A stretch of 63,910 nucleotides of DNA, filler included, from Globobulimina sp. (taxonomy: Eukaryota), in NCBI GenBank assembly GCA_003354225.1. It is 58 parts of 58 records of this genome, joined end to end, with 100 filler letters (N's around TTAATTAATTAA, not from the genome) between each part and the next. Parts side by side here need not be neighbours in the genome. Positions count along the whole stretch, not along the records: positions 1 to 1,004 come from PIVH01026058.1; positions 1,105 to 2,108 come from PIVH01026059.1; positions 2,209 to 3,212 come from PIVH01026060.1; positions 3,313 to 4,316 come from PIVH01026061.1; positions 4,417 to 5,420 come from PIVH01026062.1; positions 5,521 to 6,524 come from PIVH01026063.1; positions 6,625 to 7,628 come from PIVH01026064.1; positions 7,729 to 8,732 come from PIVH01026065.1; 50 more parts are not named here. The stretch is one strand, 5' to 3'. The notes beneath the pieces are model-generated. The model ran no database searches. It saw only the letters and a list, made by a program, of their open reading frames with translations, and was not told where the DNA came from. Both the position numbers and the translations under genes were made by a program. The first letter of the stretch is position 1. Every line of letters starts with the position of its first letter. This document shows, in pieces, positions 1-11,040 of the stretch.

Positions 1-230
1 CTAAATGACAAAAGTTTTTTTTTCTTCAATTATCAAAGCGTTCATTGAAGAAATGAACTAAAAGCAAAAACCCTTATGTGGCGCAACAGTAAAAAATATT
101 TTGGGGCGAATAATTTCTCGAGTTATGTCGTTTCACCTTTGCTGTGGGTGCACAATTTACAAACAGAATATATCGGCCTTTAAAGGCGAAACATTTAGCA
201 ACTATTTATAAAATCATTGCGTTAATAAAA

Positions 231-779
231 TCAATACATGAAGTCAACAATTTCTTTACAGATAACATCAGGAACACTTTTCACAACTTTTTGTAATGCT
301 TTGTATTGCATGCAATGCACGACATGTATCAAGGATTTGCATTTATTATCATGCGCAAAATATTGCCCTATATCCAATGGCAGTTCCTGTTCAGAACTCT
401 TTCTCCAAATATTAATCCTTGGATGGCTGATCAACATTTTCGCAATGCCATCTCTGCCAAATCGGACACATTCATGCAACGGAGTCCATCCTAAGGTTGG
501 CTCGGATTTGTTAACATCAGTTCTTACATCGTTTAGCAACGTTTTTGCTGCTTCATAATTATTCCAATGAATACAAGCAATCAATGGAGTATAATTATAC
601 ACTGTAGAACATTCATTCACATCCACGCCATTGTAATCTTGTAATAAACCAGAAACACGTTCATTTTCAAAATAATAAATCGCATCAAATAGATTATTTA
701 TCCTGTTTATAGTAGTAACATTTTTTAAAATTAGCTGAATTAATGAAAAATGAAAAGAAAAATAACTGACTTTCTCCAC
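231..779 (-). CDS. Ankyrin-repeat protein (start uncertain)
   Basis: TPLIACIHWNNYEAAKTLL, WTPLHECVRFGRDGIAKMLI and LPLDIG are ankyrin-like motifs; C-terminal VPDVICKEIVDF. Confidence 0.8.
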   Translation of the reverse strand: MEKVSYFSFHFSLIQLILKNVTTINRINNLFDAIYYFENERVSGLLQDYNGVDVNECSTVYNYTPLIACIHWNNYEAAKTLLNDVRTDVNKSEPTLGWTPLHECVRFGRDGIAKMLISHPRINIWRKSSEQELPLDIGQYFAHDNKCKSLIHVVHCMQYKALQKVVKSVPDVICKEIVDFMY

Positions 780-1004
780 GACAGATCGGAATTGAACGAA
801 GATGAGTTGTGGTTGGGTTGTAACTGTTGTTGCATTCTGATATGGAATATTAATGTCGTGATGCTTGAGATTAATTGGCTATCACCGAAATATTAATTAA
901 TTCATAATTATCAGGCATTGTCAGCTGTATACCATTGTTTTAGTTTTGACACAAATCCTATTTTGTTTTAGTTTTGTGAATGGATCAAATCCTAAGTATC
1001 TTTG

Positions 1005-1104
1005 NNNNNNNNNNNNNNNNNNNNNNNNNNNNNNNNNNNNNNNNNNNNTTAATTAATTAANNNNNNNNNNNNNNNNNNNNNNNNNNNNNNNNNNNNNNNN
1101 NNNN
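1005..1104. other. Artificial contig-concatenation spacer (N44-TTAATTAATTAA-N44); 57 copies, period 1104 then 1103 bp
   Basis: An identical 100-bp spacer with stops in all six frames recurs at regular intervals, and the flanking sequences are unrelated. Confidence 0.99.
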
Positions 1105-1850
1105 CCGGATAAAATAACGGCAATCTGGGGAGCCACAGCTAATTGCGATGCTCAGATATTTATTTGTAAAAAACCCATGTTTCAATATTATTGAATTAAT
1201 ACGCGTTTCACAGCAAATTGCAGTTACAATTTGCATAAGAATTAAAGATATATAATATGCGGTTTGTGCTCGTTGTACTAATATTATCTGTTGCGATGGA
1301 TTGATTTCGTGATTAAATTCATATTTTAAATTAGCATATTGGTCAAATCGACATCCTTTGCCATTATCATAACAAAATAATGTTTCTCTCATAAAGTTTT
1401 CCTTCCATTCCGTTTTCGAAATATTTTTTAAATCCGAATATAAATTTATCCCATTGCCATTATCATAAAACATCTGTTGAAATGCTAGAAAACAGCCCAA
1501 TGTTTGGATAACACCGATATGCAAATATGAATAAAGCAGCATTTTCCATGAAACCAATGGATTTTTATAGATATTTCTTGGTTTTTGCGACATTAAATTA
1601 TCTTCGGGTTTCTCATAAGCCATAGCCACACCGGTCCATATATCAGTGGCTAAATCAATCAATAATATCTGCCGCATAGTCAATGCCAATGGTAAACCAA
1701 ATACATTCTTTAAAATCACAGGCAATAATTGCGGCAATTTACTACATAACGTATACACAACAGATTTCTTCAGATTTTCCGAAATTAATCGCCCTTCAAA
1801 TATACCATGGCAAATACTTGCAAAATTATCATTCATCAATATCATATCTT
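1105..1850 (-). CDS. P-type ATPase, type IIC (Na+/K+ or H+/K+ alpha-like), C-terminal fragment
   Basis: DMILMNDNFASICHGIFEGRLISENLKKSVVYTL, ILLIDLATD and MAYEKPEDNLM..KPRN match P2C ATPase motifs. Confidence 0.9.
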
Positions 1851-2108
1851 GTCCGTAATCTTTCATCAGCAGAAACTTCTTCGGTATGAACTCCAAAAAT
1901 TACTCCTTGCATTATGTCATATGACCTTAGCCACCAATATTTGCAGGCTTCAAAAACATTATAAGAATCTTGAACCTTACTTACATGATAAAAACTTACC
2001 GGATCACGAGGAGTAATTTCTCCACCTAAACTCCATTCTCTACCTTTCCATTTTAACACAGCATCTGCTGGAAATATACCTTCGAAAATAGGTCTGCCAG
2101 TCAATGGA
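1829..2108 (-). CDS. sqdB: UDP-sulfoquinovose synthase (SqdB/Agl3-like) internal fragment, prokaryotic; chimerically joined to the ATPase
   Basis: PRDPVSFYHVSKVQDSYNVFEACKYWWLRSYDIMQGVIFGVHTEE..RLRTRYDIDE resembles the SQD1 region SFYHLSKVHDSHN..W..RATDLNQGVVYG..RLDYD, including the SDR YxxxK motif. Confidence 0.8.
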
Positions 2109-2288
2109 NNNNNNNNNNNNNNNNNNNNNNNNNNNNNNNNNNNNNNNNNNNNTTAATTAATTAANNNNNNNNNNNNNNNNNNNNNNNNNNNNNNNNNNNN
2201 NNNNNNNNAGTTTTGCAAAGTGAGAATCTTTACTATAGTAAGTGAGCATGGCACAACCAGCAGATGATCAAAAGGATGTACCAAATGT

Positions 2289-3212
2289 TTGGCCAACGGC
2301 TTTATTATCGAACCAAGCATATGCGTTGAATTTTTCATGTGTAAAGTATGTGTCTTTATACGCTATATATGTCCATTTAATTATGATTTAAGGTGTAATG
2401 GCGTACCAATGTCATGTATGAATACCGAAGAAGGAGAGATTTTATGTGGTAAATGCGCCAAAAATGTGGATAATACATCCCCAATTAAAGCAGTGCAAAA
2501 TATGATAAATAAATTAAAAACAAAGTGTTTAAGTTTAGCAGCAGAGAGCAAACAAAGTATATCCAATTATAATGATGTAGAAGGAGGAAGTATTGTTATT
2601 ACCCAAGTAAAAGATAACCAGTGCGGATGGACAGGAATCATAAAAGAATGGAATAACCATAACAAAGAATGCGAATATATTGTTATTAAATGTGATGAAT
2701 GTAAACAATTTGAGTGTGCTCGTAAATTAATGGCAAAGCATATGGGCCAATGTCCAGACGCTACAATTAATTGTCCATTGTCCTGTGGTACGTATATAAT
2801 ATATAATATCTCTATTTTTTTAATATTTGGTGTATTACTAATTAGGATGTTCGATATTACGTAAAAATGCAGAAAAACATTTATCAAATGACTGTGCTGA
2901 ACAATTAATGGATTGCCGCAATGATGATTGTAAAATGCAGATTAAACGCAAGGATTTTAACAGTCATATTAATAATGAGTGTGATACCCGAATGGTTGAG
3001 TGTGAATTTGTAAAATATGGATGTAATACTAAACAAATTAAATGGAATCAATTGGAAAGTCATATGAATGAATATAAATTCCAACATATATCGAATAAAT
3101 TTGATTTTATCACAACTGGAGTTATGTGAAATATATTGTTTTGTATTGCAGTCCTAATATAATTTATACATAACACTATATAGCTTAATGCTGAAATAGA
3201 TGCATTAAAAAC
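2289..3212 (+). CDS. TRAF-type zinc-finger protein, partial; introns 2788-2845 and 3121-3183
   Basis: Repeated C-x(2-4)-C..H-x(3-4)-C TRAF fingers; removing the GT-AG introns restores the frame (CPLSCGCSILRKNAEKHLSNDC). Confidence 0.85.
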
Positions 3213-3429
3213 NNNNNNNNNNNNNNNNNNNNNNNNNNNNNNNNNNNNNNNNNNNNTTAATTAATTAANNNNNNNNNNNNNNNNNNNNNNNNNNNNNNNN
3301 NNNNNNNNNNNNTGAAGATTTATTATTGCCATCAAATTATTATGATTAATCCCAAAAATTAAGTTTTAATACTCAAGTGTCTAGTCAATTATCATCGTTT
3401 TCTGTTTGCGACACAGCCGACGCTCAAGA

Positions 3430-4316
3430 ATGAGAATTTCTAATTATTTTTGCATTTATTTATTAACTATCTTGCTTTATCCATTGTCGTCATCTCCACC
3501 AAATATAATCATCTTCCTAGTTACGTAGAAAATCTATTTAATTATTTTTGTTTTTGCCGCAAGCATCATATTAATGTTAATTATAGGCAGATGATCTCGG
3601 CTATAATGATTTAGGATCTTTTGGATCTGTTTCAATCAATACACCAAACTTAGATCTTTTAGCTGCAGAAGGAATGAAACTAACTCAGTTTTATTCGACT
3701 GCTCCATTATGCAGTGGTTCAAGAAGTGCATTAATGACCGGAAGGCTTCCTCAACGGACCGGCGTGTACACAAACTATACATATCCAAAAGATTTGCGTT
3801 ATCGTGTATTCACACCATCAACTTCCGGCTCATTACCACAAAAAGAACTGACAATCGCTAATTTCCTAAGAGACAAAGGATATAATTGCAAACTCGTCGG
3901 TATGTTAATAATATTGTTATTGTAATATATGTGTGACTCGTGGCCTCACTCTGTCAAATTTCCAGGAAAATGGCACTTGGGACATCATGAAGCGTTACCC
4001 ACTCAAAGAGGGTTTACATCATTTTATGGGTTACCTTATTCTCACGAAGAAGGCTTCCCGGGACCAGGTATTTGATTTAAATTCATTTTATTATTATGTG
4101 TTACTACATTCTGCATTTAAATTGTTTTCTTTTTACAAAAGACCCCGAAAGATGGGTATATCCGCCAGTGCCATTGTACAGAGATTTTGATATTATTTAC
4201 CAACCATTCAATGGAAGTACATTACAACCATTATATAACAACGAAGCAGTAGAATTCTTACAAAATATGTCCATATCTAGGCAACCATTTTTTTTGTATA
4301 TGTCTTATGAGGTTAT
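3430..4316 (+). CDS. Secreted arylsulfatase-family protein, 5' part; introns 3520-3586, 3900-3965, 4068-4141
   Basis: Signal peptide, PNIIIFLADDLGYNDLG, TPNLD, LCSGSRSALMTGR and GKWHLG after splicing. Confidence 0.92.
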
Positions 4317-4416
4317 NNNNNNNNNNNNNNNNNNNNNNNNNNNNNNNNNNNNNNNNNNNNTTAATTAATTAANNNNNNNNNNNNNNNNNNNNNNNNNNNN
4401 NNNNNNNNNNNNNNNN

Positions 4417-5420
4417 TTCGACTCAACAGCAGGAGATGAATGAGCTGCAGACATTGTATCAAAATGTGCAGTCTCAGCTGGAGATTAAGGAAACTTTAAA
4501 CCAACAATTTCAAAACGAACGGCAAGAAATTATTCAGTTATTTGCGTTGACAGAGATTTTGATTCAGAGCGAAGAATGTGCGGTGGATAAAGACCTTGAA
4601 AGTGAGCAGCGTGAAAGTGATAAGTTTGAAGCGCTGGATATCAAACATGAGATTGAATGCTTATTGAATAATTATCAGAAATTGATGCAGAAAACGGAGG
4701 AGTTGCAGCGTACGATTGATCGCAATGAGAAGCAATATTTGATGGAGAGTGATTTTAATGACAAGTTTGAAGAAATTAAGCGATTATTAACGGAGCAACA
4801 TCAACACGACTTTTTATCTGAAACTAATGATAACGACGAGGATGACAATGGCACTAATAACGGCAGTGCAAATTATAGGAAATCGAGTATTGCTACAAAT
4901 CGGTTATCATTATCCGCAAATTTGTCACCATATCGTCACAGTACCGGCGGTGTGGTTGACTTAAATATGACCAATCCTGATTTACTAAATACGTCCATTC
5001 AGCACATCCAAGAGATTCAGTCCGCCCATAAGTTAATGCGAGAGGAGGAGTTTGAGCAATTATTGAATACAAAGAAAGAATTAAGTCAGCAATTGCAAAA
5101 TATACAGAGCAAATATGATATACTGTCGAGTGAATATGCAGCGCAGTCACAGAAAGTGTCTCTGATGGAACAGGAATACAAACATATTTCCAATCAATTG
5201 GAAAATGTGTGCAGTGAACGAGACTCGTTACGTTTGGAGATGAATAAAAATAAGGAATTGACGGATAAGTTTATGGCAGACTTTAAATCCATTGGTGCAG
5301 AACGAGATAACTTGTATGAAAAAACTAAACTGTTACAGCAGCAAATTGAAATAAAATCTGATCAGAATGATGAATGTGATCGTTTAAAACAAGAAATCAA
5401 TGAATTAAATGATTTAAATA
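4417..5420 (+). CDS. Long coiled-coil protein fragment
   Basis: Open across the contig; E/Q/K/L-rich heptad-like composition. Confidence 0.6.
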
Positions 5421-5520
5421 NNNNNNNNNNNNNNNNNNNNNNNNNNNNNNNNNNNNNNNNNNNNTTAATTAATTAANNNNNNNNNNNNNNNNNNNNNNNN
5501 NNNNNNNNNNNNNNNNNNNN

Positions 5521-6524
5521 GCGGGCAGCGCACAATTGAAGGCGGCAACGGATCCCACACAAATATGTGAGGCTAAGTCCGGTGCACAAGGCATGGTTTT
5601 AGGAATGGAGATGGCGAGAAAGAACATCATGGCACATCCCGAGAGAATTATTTTGCAAACTGATTGGAAGAACTATTTTAATAACGTCAGCAGGAGGGTC
5701 ATGTTGGACACATTATACGACAGAGTCCCCGCTATGTACCCACAGGCCTACCAAATGTACCATAAAGCATATAAGGCATATCTGCCGACAGGCCATACTG
5801 TTGACAATGAACAAGGTTTGGGACAGGGAGTGGTAACAAGCAATGCCATTACTGGCGTTGTATCGAAAGCATTTAACGAGAAAGTCATGGAGAAGTGCAG
5901 GCAAATCAAACCGGACTTTGACATTCATGGAACAGCCAGTTTCGTGGACGATAATTGGGTGTTGATGCACATCGAAGACGCCAACGTGTATATCAGTGTA
6001 GTGGAGAAAGTGGGGCCCCTCTTTGGGTTCTACTTAAATGCGTCGAAGAGCATCATTACGTGTGCATGGAGTGCCGATTCTATTAACCATTTATTGTCAG
6101 ACTCTCTGAAGCAATTCAAAATCAAAGAGAATGGCAACACCGAATGTCTCAGTATTCCTATTGGGACAAAGCAGCATGTTATTGACCATATGCGCACAAA
6201 GGTGACGGACATTAAACGATGCATAGGAAAGGTGGCAACCCTCCAAATGGCACAGGCACAGTACAAAATAATGAGAGATTTTATTAACTCATCACGACTC
6301 GTATATTGGTTCAGTTCTGTCCCACCGGACATAACCATTGAAATCGCACGATTTTATGACACCGAATTACGTGAAATTATATCCAGGATGTTTGGATTCA
6401 TTTTGTCGGAGGAGGAGTTCATTCAATGTGGCTTATCGATCAAGAAGACAGGATTTGGATTACGCACTGCAACCAACCAATTAAGCGCGATCTATCTCCC
6501 AGCTCTCCATGCTTCGAAAGACAT
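5521..6524 (+). mobile_element. Non-LTR retrotransposon reverse transcriptase fragment (CRE-like clade)
   Basis: QTDWKNYFNNVSR, GLGQG, FVDD, LNASKS, LSIPIG and LSIKKTGFGL parallel CRE-clade motifs (DxxNAFN, GxxQG, YxDD, LGVPIG, LPxxxGGLG); GC is higher than in host contigs. Confidence 0.8.
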
Positions 6525-6626
6525 NNNNNNNNNNNNNNNNNNNNNNNNNNNNNNNNNNNNNNNNNNNNTTAATTAATTAANNNNNNNNNNNNNNNNNNNN
6601 NNNNNNNNNNNNNNNNNNNNNNNNCT

Positions 6627-7076
6627 CAGTCTATTTGCAGAACAACAGGTATGGCTCCAGTCGATGTAAACCATAACAATGCTGAAACATTATGGCAAAA
6701 ACTGTATGGACAACCTATGAAAAGCAGAAAGTTCAACTTCCAAGTGGGAGATAAAGTAAGGATAACTAAGGAGAAACATAAACTTTCCAAAGGATATCTC
6801 CCCAATTTTACTCAGGAAATATTTGTGATCCTTGAAAGATTAAATAGATCACCTCCTGTGTACAAGTTAAAAGATCTTAGTGATGAGGATATCGAAGGTG
6901 TATTCTATGAGGCAGAGTTAGTCCGCATAGTGGAAAATGGAAAACAAGCAAGGGAAATCGACAAAGTTTTAAAAACAGAAAACCAAGATGGAAATTTGCG
7001 ATACTTTGTAAAGTTTAAAAATGAACCTGTCAAAAATAATAAATGGGTGTTAGAGTCAGAACTTGTAACTATATAA
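6627..7076 (+). mobile_element. Polinton/Maverick integrase C-terminus with chromodomain-like end
   Basis: GMAPVDV, FQVGDKVRI, KGYLPNFTQEIF, YKLKDL..IEGVFYEAEL and YFVKF..NKWV are typical of Polinton integrases. Confidence 0.88.
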
Positions 7077-7114
7077 ATGGTGTGATAGAAATAAAAAATT
7101 TAACACCAAAAAAA

Positions 7115-7384
7115 ATGTCAGACAACGATTCTGGAAGCAACACAAACCAGTGGACAATTCCACTGTCAGGTAGGAAAATGCCAAAATCCGAATTTGTGTT
7201 TTTTGTACAAGTTGCGCTAATCTATATTGTGGTTATTACATCGATAATCAACTTGACTATAAATGGGGGTGATGGTAAACTGTGGACTGCTTTGCTGAGT
7301 AGCTCTTTAGGGTATTTGTTACCTAATCCCAGTCTCAGAAAACGTCCCCCTAACTTAAATAACAGTAATAATGGTGATCAGTGA
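7115..7384 (+). CDS. Small two-TM Polinton/adintovirus-type membrane protein
   Basis: VFFVQVALIYIVVITSIINLT..LWTALLSSSLGYLLPNP; lies between integrase and penton; TATATAAA at about 7070. Confidence 0.7.
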   Translation: MSDNDSGSNTNQWTIPLSGRKMPKSEFVFFVQVALIYIVVITSIINLTINGGDGKLWTALLSSSLGYLLPNPSLRKRPPNLNNSNNGDQ

Positions 7385-7628
7385 ATTTTACTTAACTCTC
7401 CCTAGCAATACCCATATTGGAAACAAAACTTCAGAATTCCGTGTACAGCTCCCAGATGTCGTCAAACTGAGTGGAGAATGGGATGTCGCCCTAGCGCAGA
7501 TCCAGTATCCAAGATCATGGAACAATGTCACCGATGACCAAGAATCCGAAGGTAGCAAAAACACCATCTATATCACAGTCAATGACGAACAGTATACAAG
7601 ATTCAAAGTTGTTATTCCCAAGGCACAT
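7371..7628 (+). CDS. Polinton minor capsid (penton)-like protein, N-terminus
   Basis: FYLTLPSN..NKTSEFRVQLP..LSGEWDVALAQIQYPRSWNN is the characteristic N-terminus; overlaps the upstream ORF. Confidence 0.8.
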
Positions 7629-7728
7629 NNNNNNNNNNNNNNNNNNNNNNNNNNNNNNNNNNNNNNNNNNNNTTAATTAATTAANNNNNNNNNNNNNNNN
7701 NNNNNNNNNNNNNNNNNNNNNNNNNNNN

Positions 7729-8346
7729 TTCCTCAAAATCCTTGAAAAGTTGTTTTTCTTTATCCAATGTTTTCATTATTTTATCAAAAAATTCTTGTTT
7801 CATTCCACATTTTATTGCGACTTCATTGGCCGTTTCAATTTCTTTTGGGTGTAAACCATCAACGGATGCAAAATATAAACAGCTTATGATGAAATTCGGA
7901 AGCATCGGTATAAATGGATTGCTATTAACATCTTTAAATTCATTTTCGATAAATTTATCCAATATATTTGGATCTTTACTATCTAATAAATTTAATCCCT
8001 TTTTTAAGCCTTCTTCAATTTGAACTTGTGATACTTCGAAAAGAATTTTATGTTCAACCATTGCTTTTTTCTCTGCTTCAGAAAAATCACCATCTGCTCC
8101 ACAAACATATGCCTCCATCGCAATAATATCAACCCATCGAGAATGCTTTGAGTCAATCCATTTTTTACTTTTCGCCCAACGATCATCAGTTATACTGACA
8201 GTATTTCTGAAGTGATTTACAAAAATGCAATATTCATAACGCGTATCCATTTCATTTGTTTTATTCTCATCGTTTTGTTTTGATTTATCATCATTTTGTT
8301 GGTTTGGTTTGTTATTGCTGCTTTCTTGCGACTCCTGACACCCCAT
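7729..8346 (-). CDS. TerB-like helical domain protein with N-terminal MGC acylation motif, 3'-truncated
   Basis: Two TerB-like halves (CGADGDFSEAEKKAM; ASVDGLHPKEIETANEVAIKCGM); ATG at 8346 gives MGCQES. Confidence 0.65.
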
Positions 8347-8858
8347 CACGCTCTTATTCCTGTTAAACTAAATTAAAGTAAGTTTTTGGAAGAGTGTTGA
8401 CACTTTCTCAGGGGTTTTAAAATTGTGGGTTGAACATTTGAGTAACATATTGTTGCTGACCCACAGAATGAAAATCTCTTAGAAAGTGTCCACACTCTTG
8501 GTGATAAAAACGTAAAAATTCTGACGCTGAAAACCGGAGTAAAGCAATTAATTTAAGAACAGCCTTTGGCACATTGAAGACATAAATTATCACAGCAATG
8601 ATGAGGGCTGCACACTTTCCAATTTGCTTTATTTCTACACTTACATATAAAATCGTAATACATATCACCAAATTTATATAATAATAAAATACAAAATGAA
8701 TCTATGATACTATCCAAACTCATTATATTTGCNNNNNNNNNNNNNNNNNNNNNNNNNNNNNNNNNNNNNNNNNNNNTTAATTAATTAANNNNNNNNNNNN
8801 NNNNNNNNNNNNNNNNNNNNNNNNNNNNNNNNTAAGCTCACTAAGCTGGCATCTTATT

Positions 8859-9836
8859 TTGAAAATGAAACCTCTTAACAACTTAATAGGCAATAAATTG
8901 ATTAAAAATCTTTATAATTTGAACAAAAATGATGTATTGAGAAGGGATGTTGTTGATAAAGGATATGAAATTTATTTACAAATAAAAGAGCCGAATGCAT
9001 TTTGTGTAAATAGTTTCCTGAAATTATGTGAAGATTTTAAATATCCACAAAAAGCATTATCGATTTGGAAAGATATTGAAATGTTAATAAATCATGAAAA
9101 CAATAATAAACTGTCATATACGCTGTTAATCAATGTTTATGGACAATGTTCTGTTGAATCAGCACAAAAAATATTTGATTTTATTCATAGCAAAAACGAT
9201 AAAAAAACTGATATTGCCACGATCGGAGCTATGATGAATGTGTATATAAAAAATAAGTGTAATGATAAAGCTTTAGAACTGTATCAAACAATGGAGCCGG
9301 ACTCATTAAACAATGTTTGTCATTTACTCGCAATAAAAGCGAGCGGGAAATCATTAAATCTTGAAAAAGGAAAACAAATTCATCGAAATATTAAAAATAA
9401 TGCAAATATACACATATTAAATTCATTGATTCATTTTTATGGCATTTGCATGGATATAAACAATGCATTATTTGTATTTGAATCAATTAAAAAGAAAGAT
9501 ATTGTAACTTATAATACCATGATCAATGCATTTATGAATAATAATGACAGTGAATCAGCATTGAAATTGTATGATAAAATTGATCATATTAATACTAATA
9601 ATATACGAAGAGATAATCGGTGCCATTTATTAGCGCTTAAAGCATGTATTACAACAAATAATTATGAAAAAGGTAAACGTATTATAATTGATACAAAACA
9701 AAATAGTGATATACAAAACAAAACTGCATTTATTGATTTTTATGGACATTTTGGAGATATATTTAGCGCCGCGGACATTTTTAATTCAATTTCACAGAAA
9801 CACAGAAACATTGTTTGTAATAATTCAATGTTAACA
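8859..9836 (+). CDS. Pentatricopeptide-repeat protein (PLS-like array), partial
   Basis: ILNSLIHFYGICMDINNALFVFESIKKKDIVTYNTMINAF..ALKLYDKI..HLLALKAC..GKRI shows alternating S/P/L-type motifs. Confidence 0.88.
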
Positions 9837-10458
9837 NNNNNNNNNNNNNNNNNNNNNNNNNNNNNNNNNNNNNNNNNNNNTTAATTAATTAANNNNNNNN
9901 NNNNNNNNNNNNNNNNNNNNNNNNNNNNNNNNNNNNTGAACGAGAATTGGATGTAATTTCGTCGGAAAAGACTCGGAATGACCTCTCGACAAGAAATCGA
10001 AAACATGGCAAAACATCCGTCAGTGGTTCGATCCCCGGCGTAGGAACTTTTTTTTGTTATTCTATTTTATTTTTTATTATGCATTAATAGTGATTGAATA
10101 ATATGTTTACTGTGTATTTATTTCATAATTTTGAACATTTAGCAATAAAATAGAACTATGAATATGGCATAATAGAATCAGAGAAACACGACAAAAATAG
10201 GACAGATTTAACAATAATATAACTAAAATAGAAACACATGAATATGACATAATGGAATCAGAAAAACATGGCAATATGACGGAGAAACACGACAATAGGA
10301 CAGAAACATACACATTTAGCAATAATAATCATGAATCAGAGAAATGCAAGTATGCCAGATTTCACTTTGCCCTATATTTTTTGGCGTAATTTTACTATTT
10401 TTTCCATTACTTTCATTTTCGTTCCTCAAAATGGAAACATACAGGCAACAAGTACAAA

Positions 10459-10899
10459 TCATTTTTTACACATTTTTTCAACAATCCTAGTAGTAGTCAG
10501 CTTTGCTGTTTTGTCAACAAGGCTGTCACATCTAAATAACACTGGCACTGCCTTGGCCATCTCTTTGACCTCATTCGTCAGCTGCGTTGCCAAGAATTCT
10601 TGACAATTACTTCCACTTGTAAATGGTTGTTTGCGAATGGCAGCTTGTTGACAAAAGTAGTCCAAGTATTCAAACAACCTGGCCTCATACAGCTTGTCTC
10701 GGAGGATCTTGAACACAGTTGCCCCCACAGGGGTCCAACTGATATACAGTGTGCCATCCGCTGGCAGGGCGGCCATTTCCAGCACAATCTGAAATTTTAC
10801 ATTTGGCACAAAATGTCAACTTTTAATCCAAGTAACGGTCTCTACCTGTATATAGTGTCGCCATGGGACAGATTTTGCTGGTGTTGGCTTACCAGCCAT
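10459..10899 (-). CDS. Hypothetical protein with one intron (10789-10845, TTTCAG acceptor), probably metazoan
   Basis: ATG at 10899 and a phase-0 GTAGAG...TTTCAG intron join to the 10459-10788 ORF. Confidence 0.4.
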
Positions 10900-11040
10900 G
10901 ACTGGACACTTTGCCTCAACGGCAAAACGGACTCTCTCTCNNNNNNNNNNNNNNNNNNNNNNNNNNNNNNNNNNNNNNNNNNNNTTAATTAATTAANNNN
11001 NNNNNNNNNNNNNNNNNNNNNNNNNNNNNNNNNNNNNNNN

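Noticed and set aside
238-558. Antisense and alternate-frame short ORFs in the track (this one and many similar)
   Set aside because: They are shadows of genes on the opposite strand, or run into N spacers, and have no recognisable motifs.
1049-1060. Regularly spaced TTAATTAATTAA as a CRISPR-like or biological repeat
   Set aside because: It sits inside fixed N runs and is a six-frame-stop linker added during concatenation.
1057-2108. sqdB-ATPase overlapping genes or programmed-frameshift fusion
   Set aside because: Both genes are truncated exactly at a shared stretch of about 20 nt, which is best explained as a chimera.
5521-7628. RT next to integrase and penton as a novel RT-encoding Polinton or retron-like system
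   Set aside because: The genes lie on different contigs separated by a spacer; adjacency reflects only length sorting.
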